A DNA stretch of 62,485 bases, the filler included, from Vermamoeba vermiformis (lineage: Eukaryota), in the NCBI GenBank assembly GCA_045837725.1. It is 8 parts of 8 records of this genome, joined end to end, with 100 filler letters (N's around TTAATTAATTAA, not from the genome) between each part and the next. Parts side by side here need not be neighbours in the genome. Positions count along the whole stretch, not along the records: positions 45,395 to 49,300 come from JBEWZL010000256.1; positions 49,401 to 59,304 come from JBEWZL010000259.1; positions 59,405 to 62,485 come from JBEWZL010000271.1; 5 more parts are not named here. One strand, 5' to 3'. Below the pieces are notes generated by a model, which saw nothing but the letters and a program-made list of their open reading frames with translations, had not been told where the DNA came from and made no database searches. Below are positions 48,801-62,385 of this stretch, piece after piece. The translations under genes and the position numbers were made by a program. Positions within the stretch are counted from its first letter, which is position 1, and the number at the start of each line of letters is the position of its first letter.

Positions 48801-49107
48801 AAGAATACTCCACAAAGTCAGGTACGGCAAAAAATACTTTTGCCAAACCCTAACCCTAACAATTTTTCATTTCGCAGACGTTTGGTCCTTTGGCATTCTG
48901 ATGTTCGAGGTCATTGCACAACATGAGCCACACACTCAAGTAGATCCAATTGAGATTGGTCGATTGATCAGAGACAACGGAGTGACTCCTGACGTGTCTT
49001 CATGTCCCATTGAACTTGCATCAGTGATGAAAGACTGTTGGCGAATGACACCTGAACAGCGTCCATCAATTGACGACATAATATCACGAGTGGAGAAGTT
49101 GAATTGA
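45860..49107 (+). pseudogene. Receptor kinase with Kelch-like ectodomain and tyrosine-kinase-type motifs; three frame breaks
   Basis: Signal peptide; YFAGG/YFVGG/YVLGG Kelch motifs; TM helix plus RRNKKKKR; IGQGASGQVF, HRDVAARN, DFGMSR, GPIRWMSPE. Frame breaks near 46360, 46800-46900 and 48517. Confidence 0.75.
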
Positions 49108-49300
49108 TTTGCTAAGCTATCGTACGATACATAATTTATTCAATAAACCGAGGTCATGATCTTAGGATCGTACCCGTCAATTAACAAACTGTCAATAACT
49201 GAAGGCGTGTGGAACAATTAAACGGACGTTGCTCCGAGAAAATTCTTCGTAGAAAGCGCCTTGTTTGGGTAAAAGAGGCAATTGATTTAAAATTCTTTTA

Positions 49301-49400
49301 NNNNNNNNNNNNNNNNNNNNNNNNNNNNNNNNNNNNNNNNNNNNTTAATTAATTAANNNNNNNNNNNNNNNNNNNNNNNNNNNNNNNNNNNNNNNNNNNN
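49301..49400. other. Artificial contig linker
   Basis: Same 100-bp spacer. Confidence 0.97.
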
Positions 49401-50817
49401 TGATTTGACGGAAAAGATAAAATAGCAGATATCATTTCGTGAGAAATCGTCGTTCAGACGAACTTTATCGCCGATGACTTCGACATATAAGGGGTTTTAG
49501 ATGAGTGCCGCAGTTTGGTATGCAGAATTGAATCAAAAATGCTTGCGAAGGATATTTCCAATATTCGTACCCGGGTCGAAAAAGTCACTCTTTATTTCTT
49601 GCTGAATATTTCGTTCGACGCTCCGACTTCAGCACCAATGTAGCATGCTATGCGTCTTGTGTAGATATAGCAGGACTCTGGTACATATGAGGTTCTGCTG
49701 GATGCGATGTGAAATACATCTCTGGATTTACTTTATTAATTAATTATATATTGCATTGTAAGGAAATTTGGCAAAAAATCAAATTATAACTATTTACTGC
49801 TTATTCTAGTGATTTGGGCAATACAATTTTCCGGTAGGACACGCGATCGCAATAAGACTTACGCTTACGTAACCCCCGACCTAACAGGGTAGGTATTACC
49901 ACACTATCGATACATTAAAGGTATTTATTGCTAAAATTAATGAGAAAAATCAGGGTAATGAGTTGGGCTCGTGTTGGATGCACGAGCGAACCACGAAATA
50001 AATTTGTTGCTCGGTTTCAATCAAAAACGCCATTTCAGATAATAAAACAACCACCTATTTCAATAGGAGTTTACTAAGATTGTATTGGTAAAAATGTTCA
50101 GGTAAGCAAGTACGTGAGATTTGAAACTTTCGATTCAATTTTATCGGTAACTCATCATTTTTATAATAAATCATCGCTCAATAGCAAGATTATAGTAATA
50201 AAGAAATTAACCAATGGTATTTTTGATTTATCAGGTTACTTCGTATGATCGATCCGCAAAATCCATCGCTTGGATGTGCAGGACTCTATCATTTTGCAGC
50301 ACTGAATGCCCCCTTTTAAATCTTTATCATGATTGTATAACGATGTCTGATAAAATTTGATTCTGTCGTAAAGTAACGCAATTAACGACTTTTCATTTCT
50401 CAACGCAATCCACGACCACAACTCAGCTTATCCAATTTTACAGTATATTTCTCCATTATTGATGTTATATATATATTAATAACATCTATGATTGATATTG
50501 GCCTCTATATCGATGACAAAGGCCCATCCAATCGGGACCATGACTTAATCTACGCAACACCACAAATGTTTGGACAAATACAAATTTGCACCGATTCAAA
50601 GGTAAATTGTAAGTACTAACTTCATTTATTGGGAATATTTAAATTTTTTTGAAGAGTGGATTTGCACTTATTTTGATCCATCCTTTAAAGACCGATTTAT
50701 GGTAAAAACTTGCTTTATTACGTAATCATTAATCCCATAAATATAGTTTGACCTTCTTGGACCATTACAGCCTTGCTCTTCAACGTACATTGCGACCGTC
50801 CGCACGGGTGTAACTTC

Positions 50818-51033
50818 TCGATTATTCACCGTGATTTGAGGACGGCTAATATTCTCGTGGACAAAGACTACAACGTTAAAGTCGCTGATTTTGGTCTCTC
50901 GGTGCCCAACACACCTGAGAGCTTTGCCGCGCGAGGACGGTGCGGCTACATTCGTTGCATTGCACCAGAAATCTTGACACGACGAGAATACAGTTCTAAG
51001 TCCGATGTATATAGCTATGCTATGCTATTATGG
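50818..51033 (+). pseudogene. Isolated TKL kinase fragment (subdomains VIb-IX)
   Basis: IIHRDLRTANIL, VADFGLS, APE, KSDVYS; no upstream kinase exons seen. Confidence 0.8.
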
Positions 51034-51237
51034 TATGAAGTCTACGACCTTCGGTATTGATGTTGTTGACTCGTGCGCGTAGGGAACTTCTGACATGCAG
51101 TCACTTCTTAGTATCGTGCCCTCTCGTACAGGCACGCTGTTGGGGAATTGAATTGGATGCATAGACACGTGCACAAGGCAGGGCAGGTGTAGAAAGCCGT
51201 TGACTATCAATAAAACAGGTCGTGCGTTCAACTCAAA

Positions 51238-51354
51238 GGAAGAATTACCTTATTAGGAGATGCCGCTCATCCTATGGTACCATTCAAAGGTGCTGGTGGC
51301 AACAACGCGATGCTCGATGCATGTAAACTTGTGAATGATCTCGCTGGTCGTTGA
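51238..51354 (+). pseudogene. FAD-dependent monooxygenase C-terminal fragment
   Basis: GRITLLGDAAHPMVPFKGAGGNNAMLDA (GD motif) followed by a stop. Confidence 0.8.
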
Positions 51355-52004
51355 ATTAAATCTAACTGAGGTAATTTAATTTGCTCGATTGATGATTTTT
51401 TAAACCTTTGATAACAGCGAGCATTTACGTGTCACGATCTCCTGTTTGATTTAAGATGTATAAAGCACGACGAATCTTGATTGTGCCTGCTGCATTCTCT
51501 ACTTCAAGCCGGATCAGACGAAGATCGATTGACCAACACATCTGCGAAGGTGGAAAGGTAAGTGTGCATAATTACTATAAGCAATAATTTCACGTACTCT
51601 ATTACCATTACTACGTTGCATCCACATCAATGCGTCTTCAATTGTGAAATCCCTCGTGCACAAAACGGAACAATATAGTTCCGTGTAAATTAATTGCAAT
51701 CGGTGGTCATAATGATATCACTCATGCTCTTTCGTATAGAATACAAAGCGGATGGGACCTTGCAATTTTGACGGACAAGTGACGGATTGAATTTGACGGA
51801 AAACTTGGTCACCGTCATTTTAAGGCTCGATAATGTGACTCTTCATTGCCGTAAGAAGTAATACAATGCCTTGCATGTAACTTTGATTCAAAACGAAGTG
51901 TCAAATAACGATTGTCCGAAGGATTTCTGGCCAGAATTTTTGTCGCGCATGTCCGGCCAAGATTTTGAATCGCTTTCCTTCACAATCCAATTGAACGTTT
52001 ATGA

Positions 52005-55000
52005 ATGGAGCACAACACTGGCATACCAAAGGATCCAGACGCGGAGGAGGATAGATACAAAATCCTCCTTCACTTGCTCCACTTGCGGGAAATCGAACTC
52101 CCTGCACTTGATCCTTATTTATCTTTATTCACAAGTATGATCTATTGGCGACTAAAATTCGAGGATGAAGATTTTTTTGCCGTAAGCCAAAAAGACATTA
52201 AGAAACAAGCCCAAAGACTGCGTCGTTTAGCCAAACCCGAGGACAATATTCACCATCTCCTACGAAAATGGGCGGAAGATATAAAAGTCGAAACGTACTT
52301 GGTAGAAGATGGAGCCGTTACTCGCATCTATAAAAGTTCGGACAACACACAGTGCGCGATTTATGGTCGTCGAAAAGGCATTCAAATAATTCCGCTTACG
52401 TTTAATACCTGTGGTGAGTATGGATACTTATATATTTGATTTTTATTCTTTACTAATTGACTTGTCAGTCACACATCCGGTGTCAAGTATTCAGTTTTCA
52501 CAATTAGTCACCAAACACATTGCCGAAACATTAAATAATTTAGAAGCTGCGAACTGTAAAGGAACTAAAGAGCTTCACATAGCTCTCGGTTCAAATATTA
52601 AGGTAAGTTAATTTCTCAACGATTTATTTATATCGGTATCGCTGCCTACAATCCGACCATTATTAACATTGTAAATAATATTATTCTTAGACAATTGTGG
52701 ATCTAGCGAATGCAGGACAAAGTAGTGGAGCGAAGGTGGTTTTTTTCGGGCGACAAGGTAAGATCTCCTACGGATTTTATTTATTACGAATACGAGATCT
52801 AAATGCGCATTTGTAGTGGAATTATTTTGCTATTATTATAAAATAAGTTAAGAATTTGCAACATAAATTGAAACTATTGATGGGTACCACCTGCTGCTCG
52901 CTCGTATCCAAACCTCGAAATCTACCGACGATGTAGATATCTGTTTGGATATCTGGATATCCCAGCAGATATACAAATATTTTCAGATATCCCTTGTCGG
53001 TACACGCACTATTGTATGCGTGGCAATCAGCATAATTAAGCATATAATTGTTTCTAATAGTCAAAGTGACTAATACGTTCATTCCTAAGGTATCGGGAAG
53101 AGTTACATGCTCAATAGAATTCTTGAGCTCTCGCTCCGTCCGAAAGACGAGTCCGGTTCTTACTGTCACGAGTTATCATGGTACTGGACTTCATTTCAAA
53201 AGTTCAACGAGATCACAATTGAGCCCATCAACACAGAAGAACCAGAAAATTCCATATACCACGACCATAGTTCCTTTGTTGAAGTACCGCACGATGATGT
53301 AAGATTGAGCTCGTACTATCTTCTTCCTGAAGGTTTGTAAATTAAATAAGGTACGATTTAATCGCAAGACTAACTCTATTGTTAGGTCATTTATCCTCTA
53401 CAACACGATTGAACGCAGCAATATCATATGGCGTTCAATGTGCAATTACGTTCGAGTTTATATCTGCTCGAGAAGCAGAAATGGAATTGGATACCGCTAA
53501 GGTAATCTATACATCTTACAGTAATCACGAAAGTCTAACCACATTGCCAGAATTTTGATTTGAATTTGGCAGAGGATGGTGAAGAAACAGAAATTAAGTT
53601 CAAAGCACTGCAAATGATTGGCATTGACAAGAAGTTGCTTATGGTAACGGAAGACGATCTAAAAATAGATCCTCATTTCCAAGACAAACTTGGAACGAAG
53701 GTTACTTTCACATCACCATATTCCTCGCTTAGCGAAAGTTTGGCATACCTCAAAGCAAAATATGCTACGTATTGTGGTACTGATAAGCACTATTGGGGTT
53801 TAATCAAATCAGTGACCTTTAAACTTCCCTTGCCAATCCTCAAAAACGGAGGACAGTTGATCGATTGCCCTGGCCTGGTCCATAAGGACTACCTACTCAA
53901 ACGACAGACCGAGTACGTCAATGTAATACATTGCATAACTTTGTCTGACTTAAATTTATTACAGGGATGCGTTAAAAATTGCAACTCATATCATCTTTGT
54001 GTGCAATACAGGCGACATACCGCTCGACTTTGACCTGCTTGAAAAGTCAAAGTTCATGCAAAAGTACAAGGCAGATATTGTCCAAAGTTTCATCAACAAT
54101 GAATTGGATAAGATGCCATCAAGGTGTGTGATCGCTTGCAACATCAAGCAATCAGAAAAAATATCTGAAGAAGATATGCAAAAACATGCTGATAAGATCA
54201 ATGACCGAATACAGAGCATATTTCACAAGTACATTATCAAGTCTTGCAAAACTCTATTTCCAATCAACATTCGAACTCAAGCCAACGTACTGTCAGGGAA
54301 GTTGCAGCGATGGTATTTTGATGCTTCAATGACATTTCAGAAGCCTGTAAGTAATGAAACTTTCCCAATGTACTTATTAATAAGGCGAACAAACAGGAAA
54401 CACGTCTCAATGGTGCTGGATTACAGATGTTTAACGTCAACTGCCCGGCACAGGCACCTGAGATTTACATGGGACCATTTGCTCTCACTCACTTATTCTT
54501 CCAATGTGATGACATGACAGATGCCGAAAAAGGAGTAGATTATTTTATGAACTCATTGGCACACATGGCGTGCCAACATCATGTTGAAAACACAGAGCAA
54601 CTTCTTCGCTCAAAACAGCTCTTTTCAACCATCGAAAACTGCATTCAACAGATTATGGACGTCAGCCAAAAACTTGATAGCACAAAGATCAAAAATGCTG
54701 CAGGACAACGCTTGGCCAGCATCAATAGAAACTCAAACACGTATGAAGCACAAATGGAGAAGTGGTACAATGAAATCAGTGCTAAGGTGAATGCTCGCTT
54801 GACAGATTGCAAGCCTACTCTGAAAAGCAAATTTTCAATGGGAAAGCTTAAAAAGCACGTAAGTACACAACAGTGCATCACAAATGAAACTGTTTCTAAC
54901 AATTGACAGATTATTGAGCAAACCAAGGTGTTTGGTGACAAAGATGATGAAAGCAGATTTCGAGAATTCATCAACAGCATTTGCCTAGGCAAAGGTCGAT

Positions 55001-56677
55001 TCTCATGTTATTCTCTGTCTGACATTGTGCTCAAGCCTATTTGGAAGGAAATTGATCAAGTATTGACAAGCATTGGACACCTTATTTTATATGACAAAGA
55101 GGCAGACGACTTTGTACCAATTGCCGACGGCATTTGCTTGCTTGATATCGTCAACAATATCACCGAAGAACTGTTTAACATTTCTGAACAGAACAATGTA
55201 TGGGCACAGCACATTTCATTCGAAAAGTTGAAGTTTATAGTAGAGGTGAAGAACGAGATCAAACAGTTTGACAGACTGCCAAGTGTTGTGGCTGCAGAGA
55301 AAGCAAAGCTACAAATCAAACTTGCTCGTTACTTGAAGAGTCAAATTAATTCTAAAGAAGGCAAGATGCCACGAAACGAAAAGAAGATCAACTACAGAAA
55401 CACATACATTGAAGGAATACTGCTCAAATTTGTCGAGAAATGCACAGACAGCATTGAAAAGACAATTTCTGAACGAATTGATTCATTATTGAGAAAGATT
55501 GCTGGCCTTAATAAGAATGATCAAACATTATGTTTAATATCCAACATACAAGATTACTTTCGACGAGAGTATTATCAGCATATTTTGGGTGGCTTCAACT
55601 ATCAGTATGACTTTTCTATCGTCAGAAGTTACTTTCAGGCAGCACACCTATCGACTTTAAGCTGTGCAGTAGATCCCAGCTTATCCTACCCGTAAGTTGT
55701 CCTCACTTTCTTTTGATTATTATCATTCTAACTGACACTTGAACAGCAATTTGCAAAATCTGATCCTCAAAGCTTACAAAAAAATGAAATTTGAGCATGT
55801 TGCAGCGATAAAATTCTTTGTAGACACAATGGAGTGGAACGACTTCACTGCCAGAAAAAAGTTCGTGTGGACTTTTGAAGAGAAAAAGTTCGTTGTTAAT
55901 CAAATTAAGAACTTCATTGACAATCCTGATGTGCACGCTGCAAGCTTGCCACCAAAAGCTGTGACCGTAAGCATAACTTTAAATATAATAGTGTCAAATA
56001 TTAACAACATCGTCCGATTAGGAGGTAAAGGAAGCACTTCATCGTACGTACCCAATTGCAAATCGTGGTGCTCGCCGAGGAGATTCAGCAATCAAACAAA
56101 TGTTGAGCAATTACTTTAACAAGGTATTCAAAATCAATCTCGTCTAGTCGTGTACCAATTCTAAATCGAAATTTAGTCTCTCTTCAGTACTGCACAGCTT
56201 GCAATCAACCACGTGAACAATTTATTGAATCGCTCGCATGCATTGCAAGTTGCCTTCAACTTGCAAAACGAGCCAGATCTGGCTGACTTAGTAATCCAGA
56301 AATATATTCTGATGGCATTAACCGACGAAGAAATGGCCAGCAACGACCTTAAGTTGAAGAAACTTACCAAGCGAGTCAACCAGACTCTTGATGAACAAGG
56401 CTACGAAGACGTCTTGACACCTGACCACATCGTTCAATTCATCAACACTATGAAACGTGAGTATCCGTCCAGAAGAGAAGCACTAAGATTTGTCCTGCGA
56501 CAAGTTGACCAATCATTGCCTCGTGGACAACATGTTGAAGAAGTATATTTACCAGAGGAAGATGAAGATTTGATTGAATCCGACGAAATTAATAACGAGG
56601 TGGATATTCACACACCCCAAAAGCGAAAGCTCAAAACCAAGCAAAAGAAGTGCGAGAAAAGACGAAAGACACAGTAA
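52005..56677 (+). CDS. Large dynamin-N / SLIP-GC-like GTPase (multi-exon)
   Basis: Walker A GRQGIGKS reconstituted across intron 52758-53088; YWGLIKSVTFKLPLPILKNGGQLIDCPG (G3); helical C-terminal region; basic NLS-like tail. Full exon chain not verified at every junction. Confidence 0.65.
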
Positions 56678-57106
56678 CATCATAATTTCTGTACGCAACG
56701 AGAGCACGAGTGAGGAATGTTGAAGACGCTCTCACTGTCATTTTAATTCATTTATTTAGTGTAGGCTTTAATTTCAATAAACAGTTTGTAGTTAGTGCAA
56801 TTAGTGTGCTTTCAATTCTTCAACACGGCGGAAATTTCAACGAAAAGGAGCGGATCAAAGCCAAGAAGCATTGCTTTACGTTCAGAAGAGTTCACGAGCA
56901 AACGGATTTCACAATTATGTCGCTACAGTACGTTCAATGCTTCATCGGTTTGCCAATGACTGACGAGACATAAACACTTACCTCGTTGACGCGGGCTGTT
57001 CAGCTACATCATCTTCAAGCATTAACTCTTTCAAGAACTTCAATTCATGCACGAACTCTTCGTTGCCTTGTTTCTTATTGAAGTCTCGACATCACTGATG
57101 AAGCAT

Positions 57107-58260
57107 TCATAGATCTCCGTTGTTTGCGAGTGTCACTTCGTACAACTGTGGTGCAATTAGTATGCTTGCGGGAATGGTGCCACGGAATTCATTGCCGTCT
57201 AGTCGTTGAAGTGAAGTCATGCAAGTTCTTCGGGGATCGTGCCAGTCAACTACTTTCCTTGAGTTGGAGCACCAGCTGTGTAAACGCGGGAATACTAGCA
57301 GACAATCGATTCGATCAGTGTTGCCAGGTCGAATAGGCTCGACGGGATTGTGCCACGGAGACTGTTGTAGCGCAATGAAAGTTTCGTAACGGATTTGTCG
57401 ACGCAGCTCACGCCATACCACAAGCAAATAGGAACATTCTTGTCGCGCCAACCTATATTATGCCTCTAATTTGCGCCATTCATTGACTGTTAAAGACCGT
57501 TCAAGATGCGTTCGATCAGCGTATCTTGCGGTTCCGTTGGATCATGGGTCGTGTGTCCAGAAAAGACCGTAAGTGAAATCATCAATCCGACACCAACAAT
57601 CAAGACCACCAGCTATCAAGATGAGCGCCTTCCATTTCTTGCTGAATCCTGTACCAGATTCGACGGATTCGACAGATTCGTTCTCCTCTGGCTTCGTGGG
57701 CTTTCTTGGCCTTCTTCTTATTGTCTTTTTTAATAAATTCTTCATAGATCGTGTCGAAGGTTTGATGAAACTGAGTTTTGTCGTTTTTGATGTCTTGGAT
57801 ATCGTTGTCGTTGGCACGCACTGACTCGCTTAAGTATGGTAACAAAGCCTCGTAATCTACATGAAGCACACCTATCAGACACCTCAATAAGTTATATGAC
57901 TCATTTAATAGTATAGGGTCTAAGCAGACGTACCATCAATAAGTTGAATTGCCCCGGGTACCACGCTTTCCACTTGTTGTGCAATGAAGCCAATAAACCT
58001 TCTGTTCGTGTCTGGATGCACTCCTTTCTTGAACTTGTAATCCGCACCATCGATCTTAAGCAGAACGTCACGGCAGTCGTGGTCTAAATAAAGACAGTTG
58101 TGAATCATTTGTTACACGCGTAATTAGAAGTCAAGTATCTTTAGAAAAAGATAATAGTGCGCATTCTACGTACTCTCAGCAAGTAGCCTGATCCTCTTTG
58201 ATATTGATATCTGATGACTTAGAAGTTCAATGCTCTGCAATTCATAACGTTAGAATCCGT
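57107..58260 (-). pseudogene. Peptidase S74 (intramolecular chaperone) domain + coiled coil + TM + LRR-like remnant, frameshifted
   Basis: LLKIDGADYKFK...RFIGFIAQQVESVVPGAI...VDYEALLPYLSESV, then KWKALILIAGG and LDGNEFRGTIPASIL in other frames. Confidence 0.7.
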
Positions 58261-59304
58261 GACTCGACCGGATCTGGCTTAGGCTCAATTGGAAGAGGAT
58301 CCCAGTCAATAGACATTTTTACTAGAATAAAGTGTAATTAATGCCGTGCCATAGAGCTAATTATGACTAAAAATGCTAATTGAGTCCCATCGGGATGTCT
58401 TTGAAAAACGAAGAAAATTCTACCTTCACCGCCATCACTTTCTAAATTAATTATTAATTTCCGTGTCTTCTTTTTATCAATATTTTGAATAACTGGATTT
58501 TTATGCGCTCATCCACAATATAAACCGCTGATATTCTGACAAGTTGTTCTTTCTAAATTCAAATACTCCATGGCTGACTTTAATTCTAATTATTAAATTA
58601 TTGCACCTTCAATTTCCTCGGTTTGACAGTTCTTTTGAAAATTATGAAAGCTGACGGATGTCTTTTTCCCCTAAGTGCGTTCGGCATATTCTCCATCAGC
58701 TAACAAGTAATTGTAGTTGATATGAATGCCCTGGCTTGTTGCCGTCCAGGTCGCCTGCGCAATAAACATGGTCGGTTCGGCCCAAAAACCAACCAAAAAA
58801 TTCAAACCGACAAAAGATCGGTTTTTCGGTCCTAACCAACAAAATCCTAAAACCGACCAACAAATTGTTGTGATGAACGCGTAGGGTTGATAGGTACTGC
58901 AACATGAAGAAATAAACCGTCGCTACTACTTCACGCACAATGGAGGCAATAGCTCGGATCCAGTACCAAATTCGGCAGCGCACCTACTGCCGAAATAGTC
59001 TCATCGGCTGACACTGAGGATTACTACTTTGAACATGTGCAGTTCGGCGATGACATTGGCATTGCGTACGTCAAAGTGGAAATCAACGGTGAAGTGTCTA
59101 CGAACTGCCCGATGGCTTGTTGTTCCCATTCCACTTCAGCGCTTACGAAGTATCTTCTATCTCCTTATGGCAAAACGGTGATCGCATCCGCGGTCGTCAA
59201 CCAACCAACTTGCTATTGTTCTGGTTGCTTCCATGGTAATCGCTGCATTTTAGTAGGATTAAACGAACCAAATGTAATTAAATATTTAATTTATATTAAA
59301 AGTT

Positions 59305-59404
59305 NNNNNNNNNNNNNNNNNNNNNNNNNNNNNNNNNNNNNNNNNNNNTTAATTAATTAANNNNNNNNNNNNNNNNNNNNNNNNNNNNNNNNNNNNNNNN
59401 NNNN
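59305..59404. other. Artificial contig linker
   Basis: Same 100-bp spacer. Confidence 0.97.
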
Positions 59405-59700
59405 TATGTCTTCACTTCGCTAATGCATCTGACGAAGACTTGGATCTTCTGATGTACTATAATGTCTGTCGATCCAATTACATTGGAAGGATATACAACT
59501 TTGATGTTAGTCACGCATGCATTGTTTGATAGGCCTAGACTTAGCAACATGGCATAAATTCTGTCGATCTCAGCAGTTTCAACAGTAGACTTGACTTTTG
59601 CAACTTCAACTTCGTGGCGCAGCTTATTCAATTTATCTACAGCGCTTCTTACTGTCATTTTTGTTTCTTCATTAAGGTTGTCTGTCTTTGCTATTTGAAG

Positions 59701-59878
59701 TGAAGCCGGCTAAGACGAATAATCCTACCGAGAATCCATACAAAAATCGGCAGTCTTCGACGGCGGTTGTGGATCATCCGTAATCACTGCTATATAGCAG
59801 TAGCGAGGGCTCCCTCATTTTATATTGATAGTACCCCATATTTACTCATCATATCGTTCTTCGTGTTCGCCGGCTTCA
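59701..59878. mobile_element. Candidate 178-bp MITE
   Basis: 19-bp terminal inverted repeats with 2 mismatches (TGAAGCCGGCTAAGACGAA ... TTCGTGTTCGCCGGCTTCA); second copy at 62386; no clear TSD. Confidence 0.55.
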
Positions 59879-60144
59879 GTAACAGTGCGGGCTCAGGATT
59901 ACACGTGCTCCTTTTTAAAAACATGATTTTAAGGAAGTTATAGAGCGGGTCGCGGGCACGTGACTAATCGTGGATGTGACACGTGACATGTCAAATATGT
60001 AGCACGTGATCTGTGTGCAGAAGGGTTACGAGTAACATCGCCTTAGTGCCTTATTGTGTTGAATGGAAGTTGAATTGTCGAGCACGTGATTTTTGTCGTG
60101 AAAATCAATAACCATTTATATATTTTGATTTGTCCAAGTAAGAA

Positions 60145-61519
60145 CTAATTGGTGTACTCAACATCAAAGTTAACAATGGTGTATCCTTTCGGCATGGGCA
60201 CTTTCTGCACGATTTTGCCAGTGTTAGCGTTGAGGACGTAATAGACACTGTTGCCACTCAAATCGATGTAAAAGACCCACAATTGATTGGTGGCAGCGTC
60301 GTAGTTCCAATCCGCGAGCTGTCCAGTCTGCGGCAGTTCAGCAATTGTGTTGTAGGTGCATTTGTTGCCCGTTGAGAACCGCGCAATGTAGAATTGAGCT
60401 AACAATACAACCGTTAGATCTGGCGTTGGATCCGACGTACAAAAAATGGTACTTACTACTGGTATTGGACGTGGGGTAATATGCAAGAGACAAGTATTGG
60501 TTATCACCGGTTGCATTGCGTGCTAAGTTGGTCATAATGCGTTCGCCGCAGAAGAAACTTCCCATCGTGATCGGATCTCCTGGATTCGTCAACGAAAACT
60601 CCACAAAAAATGTTAGCGAATGGGAGAATGATATTATACGAACTTAATAGATATTGCTTACGTATTTCAACTTGTAGAGGTATTGGTTATATGGGTAAAC
60701 GGACAAATAAATATATTTGTCGTCCTGCACTCTGCCACCAACGAAATTTTCATTATCGAGGCCATTCGTTAGTTTCCCCACTGAAGAAACATTATAATTT
60801 GCTTAACGACATATCGAGGGGTCTTATCGAATAAATTTGCGAAGAAAGTGGATAAAGAAAAATTGGATTGGATTCGCTACTTACTGTAAGTTATGCCCTT
60901 TCCAGTTTGACCGTTACGGCGCCAGAAAGCCAGACTGAACTCCATCGAAGCATCTTCTTCGATCACTGTAGGTCCGTTAGTTATTTCTTCAAGTCCAAAA
61001 AAATGCTTTCGTACCAAGCGATCCAGATGAGTTTAACGAAGCGGTATCAAAAATTGCCCAACCAACTGTAGGTATTATCAACGCGTGACTATCGACGTTA
61101 GTACCAACTATGGACCCGTAGTAAAGAAACGCTGGATCGGATTGTGGAGAGTAGATAGTGTGGTAGAAATTTCTGGTGAACGGATCAAATTCAGCGCCAG
61201 ACACCGAGGATTTAGCGCTAAATGAATATTAATTATAGAATAATACATAATGATTTTAGTTGGTCCCACCTATTTGTTAAGAAAGCAGTTTCAATCACGT
61301 TCGAGAAAGATCCGGTGGCTGGATCGAACACGGCGTGGTATGCAGCAGTGCCACCGTTCTCCCAATCTCCCACGGTAACAGTCTCGGTCACAAGGCAGTG
61401 AAAAATCGGCTTGGCCAATATTCCCCTAAAAAGAAATCGGGTCAGCTCAAATACTTTTGATTCTTTTTTTTTTAGTACTGTAATCCAAGGGCAAGTAACA
61501 AAAATACTATCAATCTCAT
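60145..61519 (-). CDS. Secreted beta-rich protein of unknown function (multi-exon)
   Basis: Signal peptide MRLIVFLLLALGLQGILA across an intron; in-frame exons with FDPATG, FDPFTR, YDAATN and LNANTG propeller-like turns. Confidence 0.65.
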
Positions 61520-62385
61520 TTTGTGTTTGGTGCTTCGTTCAATAAGCAAATGAAGATGAGACCCGGTTGTACCGGAAAAACAACCTTTCTCGGTTTTTTC
61601 TGTACCGCCAGTGAATTTTATAGTCTGTCTTTTCTGACCCTTGCTGCGTAAATATCTATTGACTTTTCCATACTGGGCGTGTGTAAAATAATCAGAATTC
61701 CGAAATGGCCAAATTTTTTTTTGGGTTTTTTCTGATTCGCGTGCAACGTTTCTGTGGGCGATTTCTCCAGATACATTTCGGGAATGGTCGGGATTTACAC
61801 TCGCGTTTATAGTGGTCTAAAAGAGGTTACTTATAAACTCTTGGTGAACAGCCAAAATCAAGATCGCGATCTAAATGTTGGGGTTTAGAAATGCACGATA
61901 GAGTGCCGTCGGGACGTGAACTAATTTTTTTTAGGCGTTAGTTCCATAATAAACACTTACGACGTGGCATTTCGTCAAGGTCGAAGAAAAGTCATTGGAT
62001 AATAAGGTAAAATACAATGCTCGATTATTCTGGCGGTGTAGTTCTGAAAAAAATGCTTCATTTCCTATAGAATAGTTTATTATATTATTTTGATCGATAA
62101 TATAAATATTGGACGTAATTTAAACAATTTTTCAAAACAAATCTGAATTCAAATCCGCTTGACACCTACCAGGTAACTTCTTTTGCTTTTAATAGCGCGG
62201 ATTCGATATATATAGTGAGCAAAATAGGTTTGTTCGTCTAATGTGGTGTCACAATTGCTTGCAGTAAATTTTTATTAATAAGTCAAGCACCTCTCGAGAT
62301 ACGGAATGCGAACAGAAATGAGCGATGACAGTCCAGTCATGCGTCAGTTCGACAGTGAGGACTCTGGCACTGAAGAGTGTGTAAC

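Noticed and set aside
48846-48860. AACCCTAACCCTAAC in a kinase intron as an interstitial telomere
   Set aside because: Only two units, located at the branch-point position (CTAAC); most simply a duplicated branch site.
58771-58858. AAACCGA-rich patch with short inverted ends as a MITE
   Set aside because: Single copy, 8-bp inverted match only and no TSD; insufficient support.
5704-59404. Seven identical TTAATTAATTAA motifs inside N-runs as a biological repeat; gene neighbourhoods across them
   Set aside because: Exact 100-bp artificial linkers; adjacency between contigs carries no information.
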